From contig CM075980.1 in the NCBI GenBank assembly GCA_038087875.1, positions 12,028,001 through 12,092,000 on the forward strand: a stretch of 64,000 nt of DNA, read 5' to 3'. Positions 39,401 through 51,335 of this stretch are shown here, piece after piece. A program made the position numbers and the translations under genes. The stretch is from Malacoraja senta (lineage: Eukaryota). Position 1 is the first letter of the stretch, and each line of letters starts with the position of its first letter. The notes below the pieces were generated by a model that saw nothing but the letters and a program-made list of their open reading frames with translations, had not been told where the DNA came from and made no database searches.

Positions 39401-41319
39401 CATCTGCTGTCCTTGAGTGGGACCAATCACAGGAGTGAGCTGAGACACAGCATTCAGAAGCTGATTTCAGTAACCATTCAGTAGCAATTTCTCCAGTATT
39501 GGGAGGAGAGTTGCTAGTGTATTGAATGCCCCTTTTAGTGTTGTCTGCAAAGGTCACACCTGCTGGGTTAAATGGTAACAGCTGTGAGAACACGCCACAC
39601 TTGTGTGCCTGCGTTGCGTCACGCTGAAACTGGCAAGACTCCTGACATCCTCACCGCTGATGTCCTCGGTCTTGATGCACCGATCTCAAACAGGGTGAGT
39701 GGCTTCAACACAACCAAAACAGCCCAGCCAACGTCTGGTTAACACACTGGGGACCTGTTCCAATCCCACCACAGCAGCTGGGAAATGTAATTTCAGCTAA
39801 TTTACGATCATCAACTATTGTCCTCCTTAAAATGACAAAGGTGTGCTCCACGTTCCCCGCATGTCCCAAAGACATGCCAGTTGTTAGATCAACGATGGCT
39901 GTAAATTGTCCCACTTGCAGCATGTATGGTAGAATTGATCAAAGGGTGAGGAGAATGGGTTGCAGGGAAATGGGATTGGTCCCTGAGGCTAGCATAGATC
40001 CAGTGGGCCAAATGGCTTTCTGTGTTTTCTCGAATTAAAATGGGATTAATGTGGATGGGTGTTTGATTGTTGCTTCGACATGATGGTCTGAAAGGCCTGT
40101 TTATGTGCTGTGTGACGAAGACTTTATTGTATCAATCCCTTTGCATGGATTGTGCAAGAGCTTGGTTTGTGTTTCAAACTGCAGTCCGTATTGACCTCTA
40201 GTGGTTGTTTAGGGAAGGTGCAGTGAAGTCGACCTCTGAAGAGCAGGAGTTGAAATGTCTATATAGGCTGATGTCAGGATTACTCTGGAATTCAAGGACA
40301 ATTGGCAGTTTTCCTTCTTTCCTCTTTTGTCTCTTCCACTTTCTATTGCAGCTCAGTGGAAGGTTATTCCCGCTGTTTTGTTCAAAAGTACCATTCCCAG
40401 GGCACTCGCTCCTGCAGATCCAGACGTGATGGGCAATACCTGGTACAGGACTCTGGGTGCTGCCTGTTCTGCTGATGCCAGTATGCCTGCCTTCACCTAG
40501 GTGGGGCAACGTTCTGGCTCACGGCAAACTCTCTGATCAAATAGGCAGAATTTATTTACAACAAGGGCATTCAACATGTCCTGAAAGCTTGTTAACAAGA
40601 GTGTTACATCCTTATTGTTCCTTAAATTGTATAAATATTCTTGATGAATATAAACAATCTTGCCTTCGGTGTGAGCCTTCTTTATAAATCACTGCTGAGG
40701 AATTTAATGAGGGCATGTGCTGTTATATTAGGCAGTCAGACACAAGCACACAAGTTGTTACTGCCCCTGATGAATAATGCCAAGGACTTCACACCAGATA
40801 CCCAAAGAAAGTTGTGCATTAGAATTCTAATTTTTCTTTCAATTTGGGAGGACATGTGGCCCACTCTGTGCCACCTCTCAGGGCATCTCATCAGTCCCAC
40901 TTATTTCCCTGTAACTATTTGCTCCCTTCGACATAATAACTCCCCCGATCTCCAACCACTTCCCTGCACACAGCAATTACCTTTCAACACGCATGTTTGG
41001 GAAGTGAGAGGACACTGGAATAAAACCTCATGGTTAGAGGGGTAAAGTGCAAACTCCACACTGTCAGCACCAGAGGTCAGTATTGAATCTAGGTTCATGG
41101 AGCCATGAGTCAGTGGTTCTATTGGCTGCACCATTGTGTACTCACACATTCAAAGGAATCTGGAAAGGAATAGCAATGTGGGTAAGAGGGATGATGAATT
41201 CCTCAACACGTATGGGATTGTGAGCGTACAAGGTCGCAGGGCAAGAGCTGGAAAATGGGAAGGTCCTTTATATCACCTGTAAGTATTCTTCATTCAGACT
41301 GGAACCTCACCCCTCTTAT

Positions 41320-41520
41320 AGACACAAAAAGCTGGAGTAACCCGGCGGGACATGCTGTATCTCTGGAGAGAAGGAATGGGTGATGTTTCGGGAAGAAGGA
41401 TCTCGACCCAAAACATCACCCATTCCTTCTCTCCAGAGATGCTGCCTGTCCCGCTGAGTTACTCCAGCTTTTTGTGTCTATCTTCAGTTTAAACCAGCAT
41501 CTGCAGTTCCTTCTTACACA
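41320..41520. repeat. Palindromic Penelope-derived element
   Basis: Inverted arms tagacacaaaaagctggagtaac / gttactccagctttttgtgtcta; degenerate hammerhead at the centre. Confidence 0.78.
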
Positions 41521-41974
41521 CCTCATTCCTCTTGTTCCCTTTCCTGTATCTGGTGCCACAGACCCGTGGTCCTGACAGTGGTGAATCAGATTGGCTCCAT
41601 GATTTCTTAGCACATGTACCAAGGTACAGTGAAATACTTTAACATACAGCTCAGCAAGACGATCACCATACATAAGCACAATCCCCCAGTTAGTACACAA
41701 TGTACAGAACACCCCACTGAGTCTATATGCATGAGGCACAATTTTCAGGGGGGGGATTAATCCAACAGCAGCAGCAGCAGCTGCTTATTGTATCTGGGTC
41801 ATGGTGAAGAAGAGATGACCTCTTCAAAGAAGCCCCATTCAGCCATTGGAATCAGCAGATGAATGATCAAAGGTATAAGGAACTGTGCAAACACTCACAC
41901 TTCAATCAGTCTGAAGAAGGGTCCCGACCCAAAATGTCACTTATCCACGTTCTCCAGAGATGCTGCCTGACCCA

Positions 41975-42477
41975 AGCTATCTGAGGAAGGATGTGCAGGC
42001 CCTGGAGAGGGTCCAGAGCAAGTTTACAAGAATGATCCCAGGAATGAGTGGGTTAACTTATGATGAGCATTTAATGGTACTGGGCCTGTACTCACTGGAG
42101 TTTAGAAGATTGAGGGGGGACCTCATTGAAATAATGAATGGCTTAAATATAGTGGATGTGGAGAGGATGTTTCCACCAGTAGGAGAGTCTAGGACTAGAT
42201 GTTAGAGCCTCAGAATTAAAGGACGTTTCTTTAGGAAGAAGATGAGAAGGAATTTATTTAGTCAAAGTGTGATGAATCTGTGGAATTCGTTGCAACAGAA
42301 GGCTGTGGAGGCCAAGTCAATGGATATTTTTAAAGCAGAGATAGATATATTCTTGATTAGTATGGGTGTCAGGGGTTATGGGGTGAAGGCAGGAGAATGG
42401 GATTAGAGGGAGGGATAGATCAGCCATGATTAAACGTCAGAGTAGACTTGATAATGGCCTAACTCTGCTATTACTTA
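41975..42477 (+). mobile_element. HER1/CR1 3' fragment inserted in a Penelope terminal-repeat copy, with TGACCCA target-site duplication
   Basis: YLRKDVQALERVQSKFTRMIPG...LGLYSLEFRRLRGDLIE; TGACCCA at 41968-41974 and 42478-42484. Confidence 0.9.
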
Positions 42478-42764
42478 TGACCCACTGAGTTAATCCAGCA
42501 CTTTGTGCCCTTTTGTATAAACCAGCATTTGCATTTCCTTGTTTCTACACTTCAGGAGCATGCTGGATATTAGTAAAGCAGGTCAGTAAAATAAAGGCAG
42601 GAAGCAAACTGCACACACTGGAACCCTGAAACCACACCAGAGGAGGATGCAACTATTCAACAGTTCAGGCAGTACCTGTGGACAGAGAAACAGAGTCCCC
42701 GCTTCAGGCTGATAGCCCTGATAGGACAGAAAAAAATTGATAGAACCATTTGATCTCATTTCCC

Positions 42765-43130
42765 ATTCATAAGTTCAAAGTGATAGGAGCAAGTCTACGC
42801 TGCCATGGCTGATCTATATTTTCCTATTAGCCCCATTCTCTTGATTCTCTTGCCTTCTCCCCATAACCCCTGACACCCATACTAATCAAGAATCTATCTA
42901 TCTCTGCTTAAAAAATATCCATTGTTGGCCTCCACAGCCTTCTGTGGCAATGAATTCCACAGATTAGCCACCCTCTGACTAAAGAAATTCCTCATCTCCT
43001 TCCTAAAGGAACGTCCTATAATTCCGAGGCTGTGACCTCTGGTCCTAGACTCTCCCACTGGTGGAAACATCTTCTCCATATCCACCCTATCCAGGCCTTT
43101 CACTGTTCGGTACATTTCAATGAGATCGCC
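42765..43130 (-). mobile_element. HER1/CR1 3' fragment
   Basis: MFPPVGESRTRGHSL...NFFSQRVANLWNSLPQKAVEA. Confidence 0.9.
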
Positions 43131-43351
43131 TCACAGGTTATCAGGGGAGTTTACCCTTCATCTGCCAGGTAGGTCTAGTCATGACCTTTATTGAGCACAG
43201 GAGTCTGTTGTGTGCAGTGCGGCTGTCACATTCCAACACAAACATTCTTCGTAAACACTTAATTCCCCATGGAAAGCTCGTTGAAATCATGGGTGATCTG
43301 GTGACAACGAATATTCAGCCAAACACAGAAACAGAACATTTCAATTACTGT

Positions 43352-43357
43352 TTTATT
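43352..43357 (-). terminator. Probable polyadenylation signal of SLC5A1
   Basis: AATAAA on the minus strand about 400 nt after the stop, followed by a GT/T-rich tract (tgttctgtttctgtgtttgg). A second AATAAA is at 43187-43192. Confidence 0.6.
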
Positions 43358-43757
43358 TCTATCCACAATTTTAAAAAAATCACAAATTTAAAAAAAATAA
43401 TAAATTATTCTCATTGAAAAAATATCTCTTGAGGGTCTCAGTTGCGGGGACTGGACGCTGGGACCCCAATGATTGCACTGACTTTGTATGAAGACCTCCG
43501 AACTGCACTTGAGTGTAGTGGGTGTACGTGTGTACGTTGGTTCCCAGAGGAGGCGGCTTCATCTATGATTAGTTTTTGGAATGCCAGCAGTTTGATTTTA
43601 ATTTTCGAGGAAGAAGGAAATTACGAGGACCTTGAAACAAAGGAACGGTATTTTAAGCAGCGAAATAGAGCGTTGTGTTTGAATCTATCTGTGGTGCATC
43701 CATCAGAGGGGAGGGTACAAGCAATGTCTTGTCTCCAGGAGTTAAAACCTCTGCTGT

Positions 43758-43969
43758 TTATGCATAAAATGCCCAGAAAAAGACACAGACAGACAGTAAG
43801 ATGATGGCATTAATGTTGACCACATTCCTCCAGAGGGGCTTCTCTGAGATGTCGGTCAGCTTCTTCTGTAGAATTTCCTCCTCTTCTTTGCTCATCTTCT
43901 GGGCCTTCTGGCCGAACCCACAGAACCAGTTGTAGCCTTTCTTCCAGCACGGTATGTCCTGGGGCGCAT
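43758..43969 (-). CDS. SLC5A1: SLC5A1 last coding exon 15 ([70 protein letters not shown])
   Basis: caccacag|AT...GCA TAA; TDxSEKPLWR motif and C-terminal transmembrane helix; stop at 43758-43760. Confidence 0.95.
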
Positions 43970-44579
43970 CTGTGGTGACAAGAAAAGCACAAGGAATGGA
44001 ATGGGTGTTTGAAGGAAGAGGATCTGGCCATTCTGCCCCTCAGCTCTACTGTTAGACCATGTACTTCACCCTCAATTACTCATCAGATCCATCACGACAC
44101 CCACTGACTTCGCTTATGAAAATCTCTGGTGAACTCAGCTTGGAGCGCTGCCCGAGTCAATTTGGGGGAATTCCCACCCTCCGTGGAATGAAAAAAGTAT
44201 TTTCAGATTTCTTTTCTAAATGGGCCTGGCTCTTCTTCGAAGACCCCCAGAGAAAGTTGTGCTTCCCTTCGTGCCCCAGGACAAAAGGTGCAGATGAAAC
44301 TCCATGCTGTCCTCAAGGCAGTCAATCAAAGGACACTTGACTTATAAAGTATGTTCTCACATGAAAATCCTTCAGTGAATTACTCTGCACTTATAATGGC
44401 AAACAGGGTATGATGAAGCACCATCTTCACCCTGGGATACATCTCATTGAAGTTTATGCCCTTAATATAATGTCCCCCCAAAAAAAGAATTTTGTGTTAA
44501 CATTGTCCCCTATTTCCTTTGAATAAATACAAATGAACAGAGGAGCAGATACCTACAGGAGCACATTCTTTGTTTGGCT

Positions 44580-44890
44580 TCATGTTCATAAGTTATAGCA
44601 GCAGAATTAGGCCATTTGGCCCATCAGGTCTACTCGATTCAATCATGGCTTTTCCTCTGAACCATTCTCCTGCCTACTCCCCAGAACCGCTGACACCCTT
44701 ACTAAACAAGAACCTATCAATCTCCACCTTAAAAATATCCATTGACTTGGCCACGGCCTTCTGTGGCAAAGAATTCCACAGATTCATCATCCTCTGACCA
44801 AAGAAATTCCTCCTCATCTCTTTTTTATATAGAGGCTGTGCGTTCTTTTATTCTGAGGCTATGGCCTCTGCTCCTAAACTCTCCCGCCTG
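44580..44890 (-). mobile_element. HER1/CR1 3' fragment in SLC5A1 intron 14
   Basis: Same tail family as 42765-43130. Confidence 0.85.
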
Positions 44891-44909
44891 TGGGAATGCA
44901 TGACATTAC

Positions 44910-45018
44910 CTTCATCAACATCCGTTTTGCTGTCAGTATCTTCGATCTTCCAGTCGTCAAAGCCCAAGTCTTCACGTTCTTCTGTGCTGTTGCGCAGTGT
45001 CCAACACAGTCGGTGGAG
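44910..45018 (-). CDS. SLC5A1: SLC5A1 exon 14 (LHRLCWTLRNSTEEREDLGFDDWKIEDTDSKTDVDE)
   Basis: ccttccag|CTC...GAAG|gtaatg; 109 nt, phase 0/1; LxRLCWxLRNSxEER motif. Confidence 0.94.
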
Positions 45019-45487
45019 CTGGAAGGCAGGAAGAGGTGAGGCTGTGAGGAGTCTGTCACTGACACAACAGCCACGGCCTCCAAAAAAATGGAGGAAATGT
45101 CAAATGACAGAACACGCCTATCATCACCTGAAACACACGTCAGGCTCAGACCACTGAACATCCAATACATTCCCAACACACAGGCCGTCCACTTGTCTTC
45201 AATAGCACTGACCACACCAAACATTCTGGATGCACTGACCATCACACACATGACTCACAAACACACTGACCATTCTGAACATCCTCCATGCAGTGAACAT
45301 CATAATAACCAACCTAAACACTCTAATCACCATCCAACCCGCTGATCAGCCTTAGCTCACTGATGGTCTCAAACACACTGATGTTCTGAAATCCCCAGTG
45401 CAATAATCTCTTGGAACTCAGCAACAATGCCTAACGAAGGCCCTGTGAAGAGAGAGAGGTGACCGTACTGGAAGGGTTGAGACTCAC

Positions 45488-45703
45488 GTGCTTATCCTCG
45501 ATTGGCTTGGTCAGCAAGGAAATGACGAGCACCAACAGGCAGGTGGCAACAAAGAGGATGATGGCGAAGTAGAGGTAGTGGATGCCACAGATGATGAGCG
45601 GGCAGTTGCTGGGACTCACACAGCTGCCCGTGCCGAAGGCAAACTCAGGGATCATCCGAGATAAACCCATGGCCAAGCCAAAGATCAACCCCCAAAATGC
45701 TCC
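45488..45703 (-). CDS. SLC5A1: SLC5A1 exon 13 ([51 protein letters not shown]...KPIEDKH)
   Basis: tgtttcag|GGA...CAC|gtgagt; 216 nt. Confidence 0.96.
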
Positions 45704-45892
45704 CTGAAACAAAGAGACACAAGTGACTATACATGTGGAATCTGGAGCAACACCAGCATGCAGGTGGAACTCAGCGGGTCGAACGAATTGGAGGGCAACT
45801 CGGAGGTGGCGTGCTGATGGAGGGGTAACAAAAACTGGGGAAAGTACAAGGGACAGACAGATGCTCAGAAGATTATAAAGAAGTGGCAGCAT

Positions 45893-46200
45893 AGTGGCAC
45901 GGGGTGGCGTTGCAGTAGAATTGCTGCCCTACAGCGCCAGAGACCCAGGTTTGAACCTGACTAGGAGTGCTGTCTTAACGGAGTTTGTACGTTCTCCCTG
46001 TGACCACGTGGGTTTTCTCTGGGTGCTTCGGTTTCCTCCCACATTAAAAAATGTGCAGGTTTTTTTAGTTAATTGGCTTCGGTAAAATTGTAAATGGTCC
46101 CTAGTGTGTAGGATAGTGTTGGTATACTGGGTGATCACTGGTCGGCGCAGGATCAGTGGGCAGAAAGGCCTGCTGCCGTGCTGTCCCTCTCAAGTCTAAA
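45893..46200 (+). mobile_element. V-SINE (HE1-like) in SLC5A1 intron 12
   Basis: A/B boxes, V-domain and tail. Confidence 0.85.
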
Positions 46201-46493
46201 ATGTAAGAGGAACAATACTTTGGGGAGATTTCAAGAACACGCAAACATTGTAACACCAGGGCTTTACCAGACTGGGAACCAATGAAAGTGGAGCGCACAT
46301 GACACAGGGGAGAGAGTGAGATGGAACGCCTGCTGTGAAAACCTAACACCAAGCTTCAGTTCATCAGGAAGTTCAACTGGTGAAGGAATTTACATGAGGG
46401 AAAACCTGAAGCCTACCCAACTGCCCGTAAAAAAAAAAATTTGGTAAAGGGTAAACAAAAAAAGGACGTATCTGGAAAAGTTAAACCGCTTAC

Positions 46494-46661
46494 TTTTTCA
46501 TTGGTGCGCTTGACAAAGATGCCCAACAAGAAGACCGAGGCTATAGGGGGCCCCAGGTAGCTGGTGATGGACTGGATATAGTCAAAGAGCTTCCCGCTCT
46601 GCGCCGTCTGTACGATGGGGATCCAGGCTATGCTGATGGCAATCAGGACCAAGGTGAGAGC
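46494..46661 (-). CDS. SLC5A1: SLC5A1 exon 12 ([55 protein letters not shown]) with an apparent 1-nt deletion
   Basis: gttctcag|G...AAA|gtaagc; 168 nt instead of the 169 needed for phase 2/0; the spliced frame reads AGG CTC TCA CCT TGG TCC TGA. Confidence 0.93.
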
Positions 46662-47238
46662 CTGAGAACACAAGAGTTGCAGACCAGGGAGAGAAAAGCC
46701 TTCCGCCCTCCTCCATTCCCACCTCTCAGCAACACAACAAGAGCGACCACCAAGGACAACGTGGTCGGAACTAATACAAAGCAGTTGCTGATGGTCCCGT
46801 CAAACCCCACACCTCCAAGCAATGTCCGCCAGCCCATGGCCCATGCACACCGTGTTCAGTGGGCACTGACCTCCTCCTGCCACTGTTTCATCTCAGCCCC
46901 GGCACTGCGTGGCACCTCAAGCTGCCCAAGTATACAGCTTGGCAGATGCCTTCTTCCAGTGCCATCACCAGGCAGCCCTCCACTAAGGGCAGAGTTGCCC
47001 CAGGGTGCCCCTTGCGACAAGGCGCAATACAATGTATACGAATGAGGAGCGAACAACTTCCACTCATTAACACGCAAGGACATTGACTGCAGTCAATCTG
47101 GTGAGGGACAAACGTGACAGGTTGCAATGTTTAAAAGTACAAACAAACAACAGCAGGTGCTTGTTAATACACAAACTGTGGGAGTAACTCAACTGGTCAG
47201 GCAGCATCTCTGGAGAACATGAATAGATAACACTTCAG

Positions 47239-47900
47239 TAAGTAAGTAAGTTTTATTTATATAGCACTTTTTAAGTCAACTCGCATTGACACCAAAGTGC
47301 TTTACATAAAATAAATAATAAGTTTCCATACAACCATAGAAAAAGGTTAAAAAAGAAAAATGGACACAACACATTATAGAGTTCAACACAAACGTCCCCC
47401 CACAGCAGAATCAAAAGTTCCACTGTGGGGAAAGGCACCAGAAAGTTAAGTCCTCTTCCTCTGTGAATCACCCGAGGTCTGGGCTATTTGTGGCCTCCGC
47501 AGCCAGTCCGATGTTTTCAGGCACTCTTGCCGGGAAGATGGAATTCCGGCGTCGGGTGAAACATTTCTCAGCGGCTTGGAAAGTCTGGAGCGGCCGCTCC
47601 CTCCCCGGAGACCGGAGACCGGGGCATCCGAAGTCCTCAGGCCTCGCCGGTTGAATCTCCGACCCCGGCGAACTCGATCCCAGGCTCCGCGGCGCTCCAA
47701 ATCCAGCGCCGCCCGCAGCCGGACGCCCACAGCCACAGCGCTCCGGAGCTTACCGCACGGCGACCCGGTAAGGCATCGCCCGCTCCCTGATGGTGTCCCA
47801 GCGCTGTGCCGCCGCCGAAGCTGTAGTCCCAGCCAGTCCCGACAGGAAACGCCGCTCCAGTCCGATGGTAGGCCGCGAGGATCAGGAAGTATCAGGTTGA
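47239..47900 (-). mobile_element. GC-rich composite non-autonomous retroelement with L2-type tail and (TTAC)n, inserted in a palindromic element
   Basis: Tail tgtaaagcactttgg...aaagtgctatataaataaaacttacttacttac resembles the L2 end at 3535-3597; ACTTCAG flanks both sides. Confidence 0.78.
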
Positions 47901-48852
47901 TACTTCAGACTGGAGAAGGGTTTCGACCAGAAATGTCACCTATCCATGTTCTCCCGAAATGCTGCCTGACCTGCTGAGTTACTCCAGCACTGTGTCATCA
48001 GGTTGCAATGTACACGTGGTTACAAGTCAATCGTTGCATCAGCTAAAGCAGGGATTAAGCTCCATTGCAAGGCTGACCACAGAGGTCACTTGCTACAGTG
48101 TGACTACCATTTGGACCAGAGAACACCCATTTTATAATGTTGACCTTGGGTGCTTGGTGATTGTTGCCTCTGACCCCAAGATGCTACTGCATGGCTGACA
48201 TCCTTTAGTCAGTGTAAATGGGCAAAAGGGTTCAGCATGGAGTAGGTGGGCTGAAGGGCCTGTTTCTGTGCTGCACTCCATCAACTGTGATGCCTGGACA
48301 GTTTTGCTCTTACAGGATAGCAGCAAAATCTCTGCCCTCCACCAACTCCACTTGGTCTCACGGTGACCAAGGGACACTGCCAACAACACAGCACTTACAC
48401 AGAGACAGGCCAAAGGCACGCAGGGGAGAGCACGAGCAGACCTCATGTGCCTGTGGTCTCCACGGACCTGGGAACCTATCCACTGGGGGTCAGTTACACT
48501 TCGGTTGGGGTCTAAAGTGAGGACCCAACAGGCAGGACCATTTTCCTTTTGTATCAAGTTCAAAGGAAGGGAAAGTTGACCTGCTAATTAATATTTAATT
48601 TCCTGGTTCGCCAGGTATTGTGCTCACTGATCATACACCAGTGTACTCCGGGTGACTGTGTCTATCTATAGGGCCAGGGACAGGGGTCAGGGGAGGCAGT
48701 GAAACTGGAAGGGAATTGAAACATTGTTTTGCACCTTCCTCATGCAACCGTTTCTCTGAACATTTCCCTTTAATATTGCAAGCACATTTTCTTCCTCAGT
48801 TTGGGATCTGGTTGTTATGGCGAAGTTCTCAGCGGGTGGAGAGTCCCCTTAC

Positions 48853-49002
48853 CTCCCTGCTAACATCAGTTCTTTCTCCGTGGCCTTGGGCCTGATCTTG
48901 GTCCAGATGTCCATGGTGAAGAGCGTGCTGGCGCTGTTAAAGATGGACGTCAGCGAGCTCATCAGGGACGCCAGCATCACGGACAGCATCAACCACGCAG
49001 GC
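48853..49002 (-). CDS. SLC5A1: SLC5A1 exon 11 ([50 protein letters not shown]) with an apparent 1-nt deletion
   Basis: tttgccag|GC...GGAG|gtaagg; 150 nt instead of the 151 needed for phase 1/2; the spliced frame reads GGC CTG CGT GGT TGA. Confidence 0.93.
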
Positions 49003-50292
49003 CTGGCAAAGACACGGCAGCTTAGGTGGAAGCACATCACCCAATCTACCTTAGAGGACGAGGACATACAGAGTCAACTGTACTGACAGTTGTTAACACC
49101 ATTCCACATTCATTGGGGTAGCCGCAGTGATCCGACATAGGTAGAACATGGCCTTCACATGCCGTGGATCATGTAGACTTGGATCTGCTCATTTCTATTG
49201 TAATGTAGGATGACTGGAAATGTTGGGCTGTATTGCACTTTGTTCATAGATTACACAAGATCATTTGATCTCGTGGAGACACAATAGACACAATAAACTC
49301 TGTGGGTCAGGCGGCATCTGTGAGAGGAAATGCGCAGATGTGTTTCGGGTGGGGACCCATCTTCAGATTGAGGTCTCCAGGGCTTTGTTTTTTTTTCACG
49401 TGTTCTCCTGGACTGGTTCAGTCACCAGAAGGAGGAGGGGTCAGGGAGAATATTCCAGGCTCAATGCGTCCTTCCTTTTGCCACTAGCTGAAGTGTACAC
49501 AGTGGGTCACTGCAAGGGCAGTGGGTGATGGTGAAGGGTGAGCGTTGTGATAGTTCAGCCCGTGTACACTGCCAGGTTGGTTGAACCAAACACCAGTTTC
49601 TTCTGTACATTCCTCCGATCCCTACATTGCTACTACTGCCACAGAACTGGTGCAAAAAGAGGCAGCACTTTTCCCTGGCATCAATACCAAGGTTCCCATT
49701 TGACCTTTAACCGGAGGGAGTGGCGGAACAGTGTTGGACCGGGACCAGAAACTCAGCCCTGGCCTTTAAAGCTCACCAACTCTGCGCCCGATTATTGTTT
49801 CCGTGCTTAATTTATTTGTGTTTTTAAGCAGCATTGGCAAGCTTCACAATAAACAAGGAGCGCACGGAAGATTTGTTACGTTGACATTAATTGGATTTTG
49901 CTGCTTCACAAGTCTGGCCCTCTAGGTCTTGGGCACTGGTGACGTCTTGGCTTGGTGTGAGAGAGGGGCCGGGGGTCAGAACCATCGCCATCGCTTAGTA
50001 ATCATGTCTCGGCAAACATACATGTCGAACCTCGAGGAACCCAGGTGAACCAGGTCCCCAGGTGAACCCACATGTCCAACAGTGAACCCACATGTCCAAC
50101 CTGGAGTCCCCGTGGTGGGGATGCTTCAGAGAACATCAGGCAGGGGATAAGGACAATGATCTCTCTGTAAGTGAGGACACTAGACAGGTGGATAGTCCTA
50201 CGATGACTAAGTGCGACAACAAGGTGGAACATTTTCTCCAACGAACATCCCCAGGTCATTCCTATTCTATATCATTGAAGGTGGGTACTCAC

Positions 50293-50400
50293 CGGCTGGC
50301 ATCAGCCTCACCACCAGCGTGGGATAGGCAATGTTGCTGCATCCAACCTCCGTGTCACAGTACTGCTTGCAAAGGCTGGGGACCACACACGCTATGGTAT
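50293..50400 (-). CDS. SLC5A1: SLC5A1 exon 10 ([36 protein letters not shown])
   Basis: cctgacag|AT...GCCG|gtgagt; 108 nt, phase 1/1; conserved Cys-rich loop; not in the ORF track. Confidence 0.95.
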
Positions 50401-50547
50401 CTGTCAGGTAGACATCAAAGACAGCCATCAGCTTCAAACCATCCACACAGCTTCAAGAAGAAATGACGATTTGTCTTTGGAACTTAGAGAAACAGGGCAG
50501 AAACAGGCCCTTCGGCTCACTAAGTCCGTGCCGACCAGCGATCACCC

Positions 50548-50747
50548 NNNNNNNNNNNNNNNNNNNNNNNNNNNNNNNNNNNNNNNNNNNNNNNNNNNNN
50601 NNNNNNNNNNNNNNNNNNNNNNNNNNNNNNNNNNNNNNNNNNNNNNNNNNNNNNNNNNNNNNNNNNNNNNNNNNNNNNNNNNNNNNNNNNNNNNNNNNNN
50701 NNNNNNNNNNNNNNNNNNNNNNNNNNNNNNNNNNNNNNNNNNNNNNN
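50548..50747. other. Assembly gap (200 N)
   Basis: Run of exactly 200 N; left flank ends inside a SINE tail, right flank starts inside a Penelope fragment. Confidence 0.99.
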
Positions 50748-51335
50748 GTTCGTCAAGGCCTGTTGACCCATCCGGATGCTAACCATTTTAACCGCTCTTC
50801 CCATTCCCATACTGACCTTTCTGGCTTCCTCCATTGCCAGAGTGAGACCACACACAAACTGGAGGAACAGCACCTCATATTCTGCTTGGGCAGCTTGCAA
50901 CCCAACGGTGTCAACATTGAATTCTCCAATTTTAGGTAACTACAAACCTCCCCTCCCCATTCTTCCTCCACCCCTCTTTAATTTTCTTTCCCTTGTGCCC
51001 CACCTGGGCTTGTACTTTCTCCCCTCCCCCTCCACCTACATTCCTTCCTTCCTTCCTTCCTTTGACTTCACAGTTTGCAACTTTTCAATCCTTTTGTCTT
51101 GTTACTTCTTCTGTCTTTTCATCTCCTCCTTTTATTCAACCATCTGCCTATCAAAACCACCCTCACCTGTATCCACCTATTACCTACCAGACCTTGCCCT
51201 GCCCCACCTCCCTTCCAGCTTCCCCTCCCCTCCCCTCCCACTGCAATCAGTCTGGTCGGGTCCCAACCCGTTACGTCACTTATCCATGTCCTCCAGTGAT
51301 GCTGAGTTACTCCAGCACTTTGTGTCTTTTTTAAG
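50748..51335 (+). mobile_element. Penelope-like element 3' end: GIY-YIG endonuclease C-terminus, pyrimidine-rich UTR, and terminal repeat with degenerate hammerhead
   Basis: ANHFNRSSHSHTDL...KLEEQHLIFCLGSLQPNGVNIEFSNFR*, then a CT-rich tract, then cagtCTG...gggtcccaaccc...cgtcac...gctgagttactccagcactttgtgtc. Confidence 0.88.

Noticed and set aside
47463-47977. CpG-rich patches (also 37757-38200 and 51995-52458) as promoters or genes
   Set aside because: Each ends in a LINE-type tail with a microsatellite, so they are better explained as young retroelement bodies.
46640-49002. Programmed frameshifting or RNA editing as an explanation of the two SLC5A1 deletions
   Set aside because: No slippery site or stimulatory structure is visible; sequencing error or mutation is far simpler.
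50463-50939. ORFs spanning the N run
   Set aside because: Artefacts of translating through the gap; only the Penelope segment right of the gap is meaningful.
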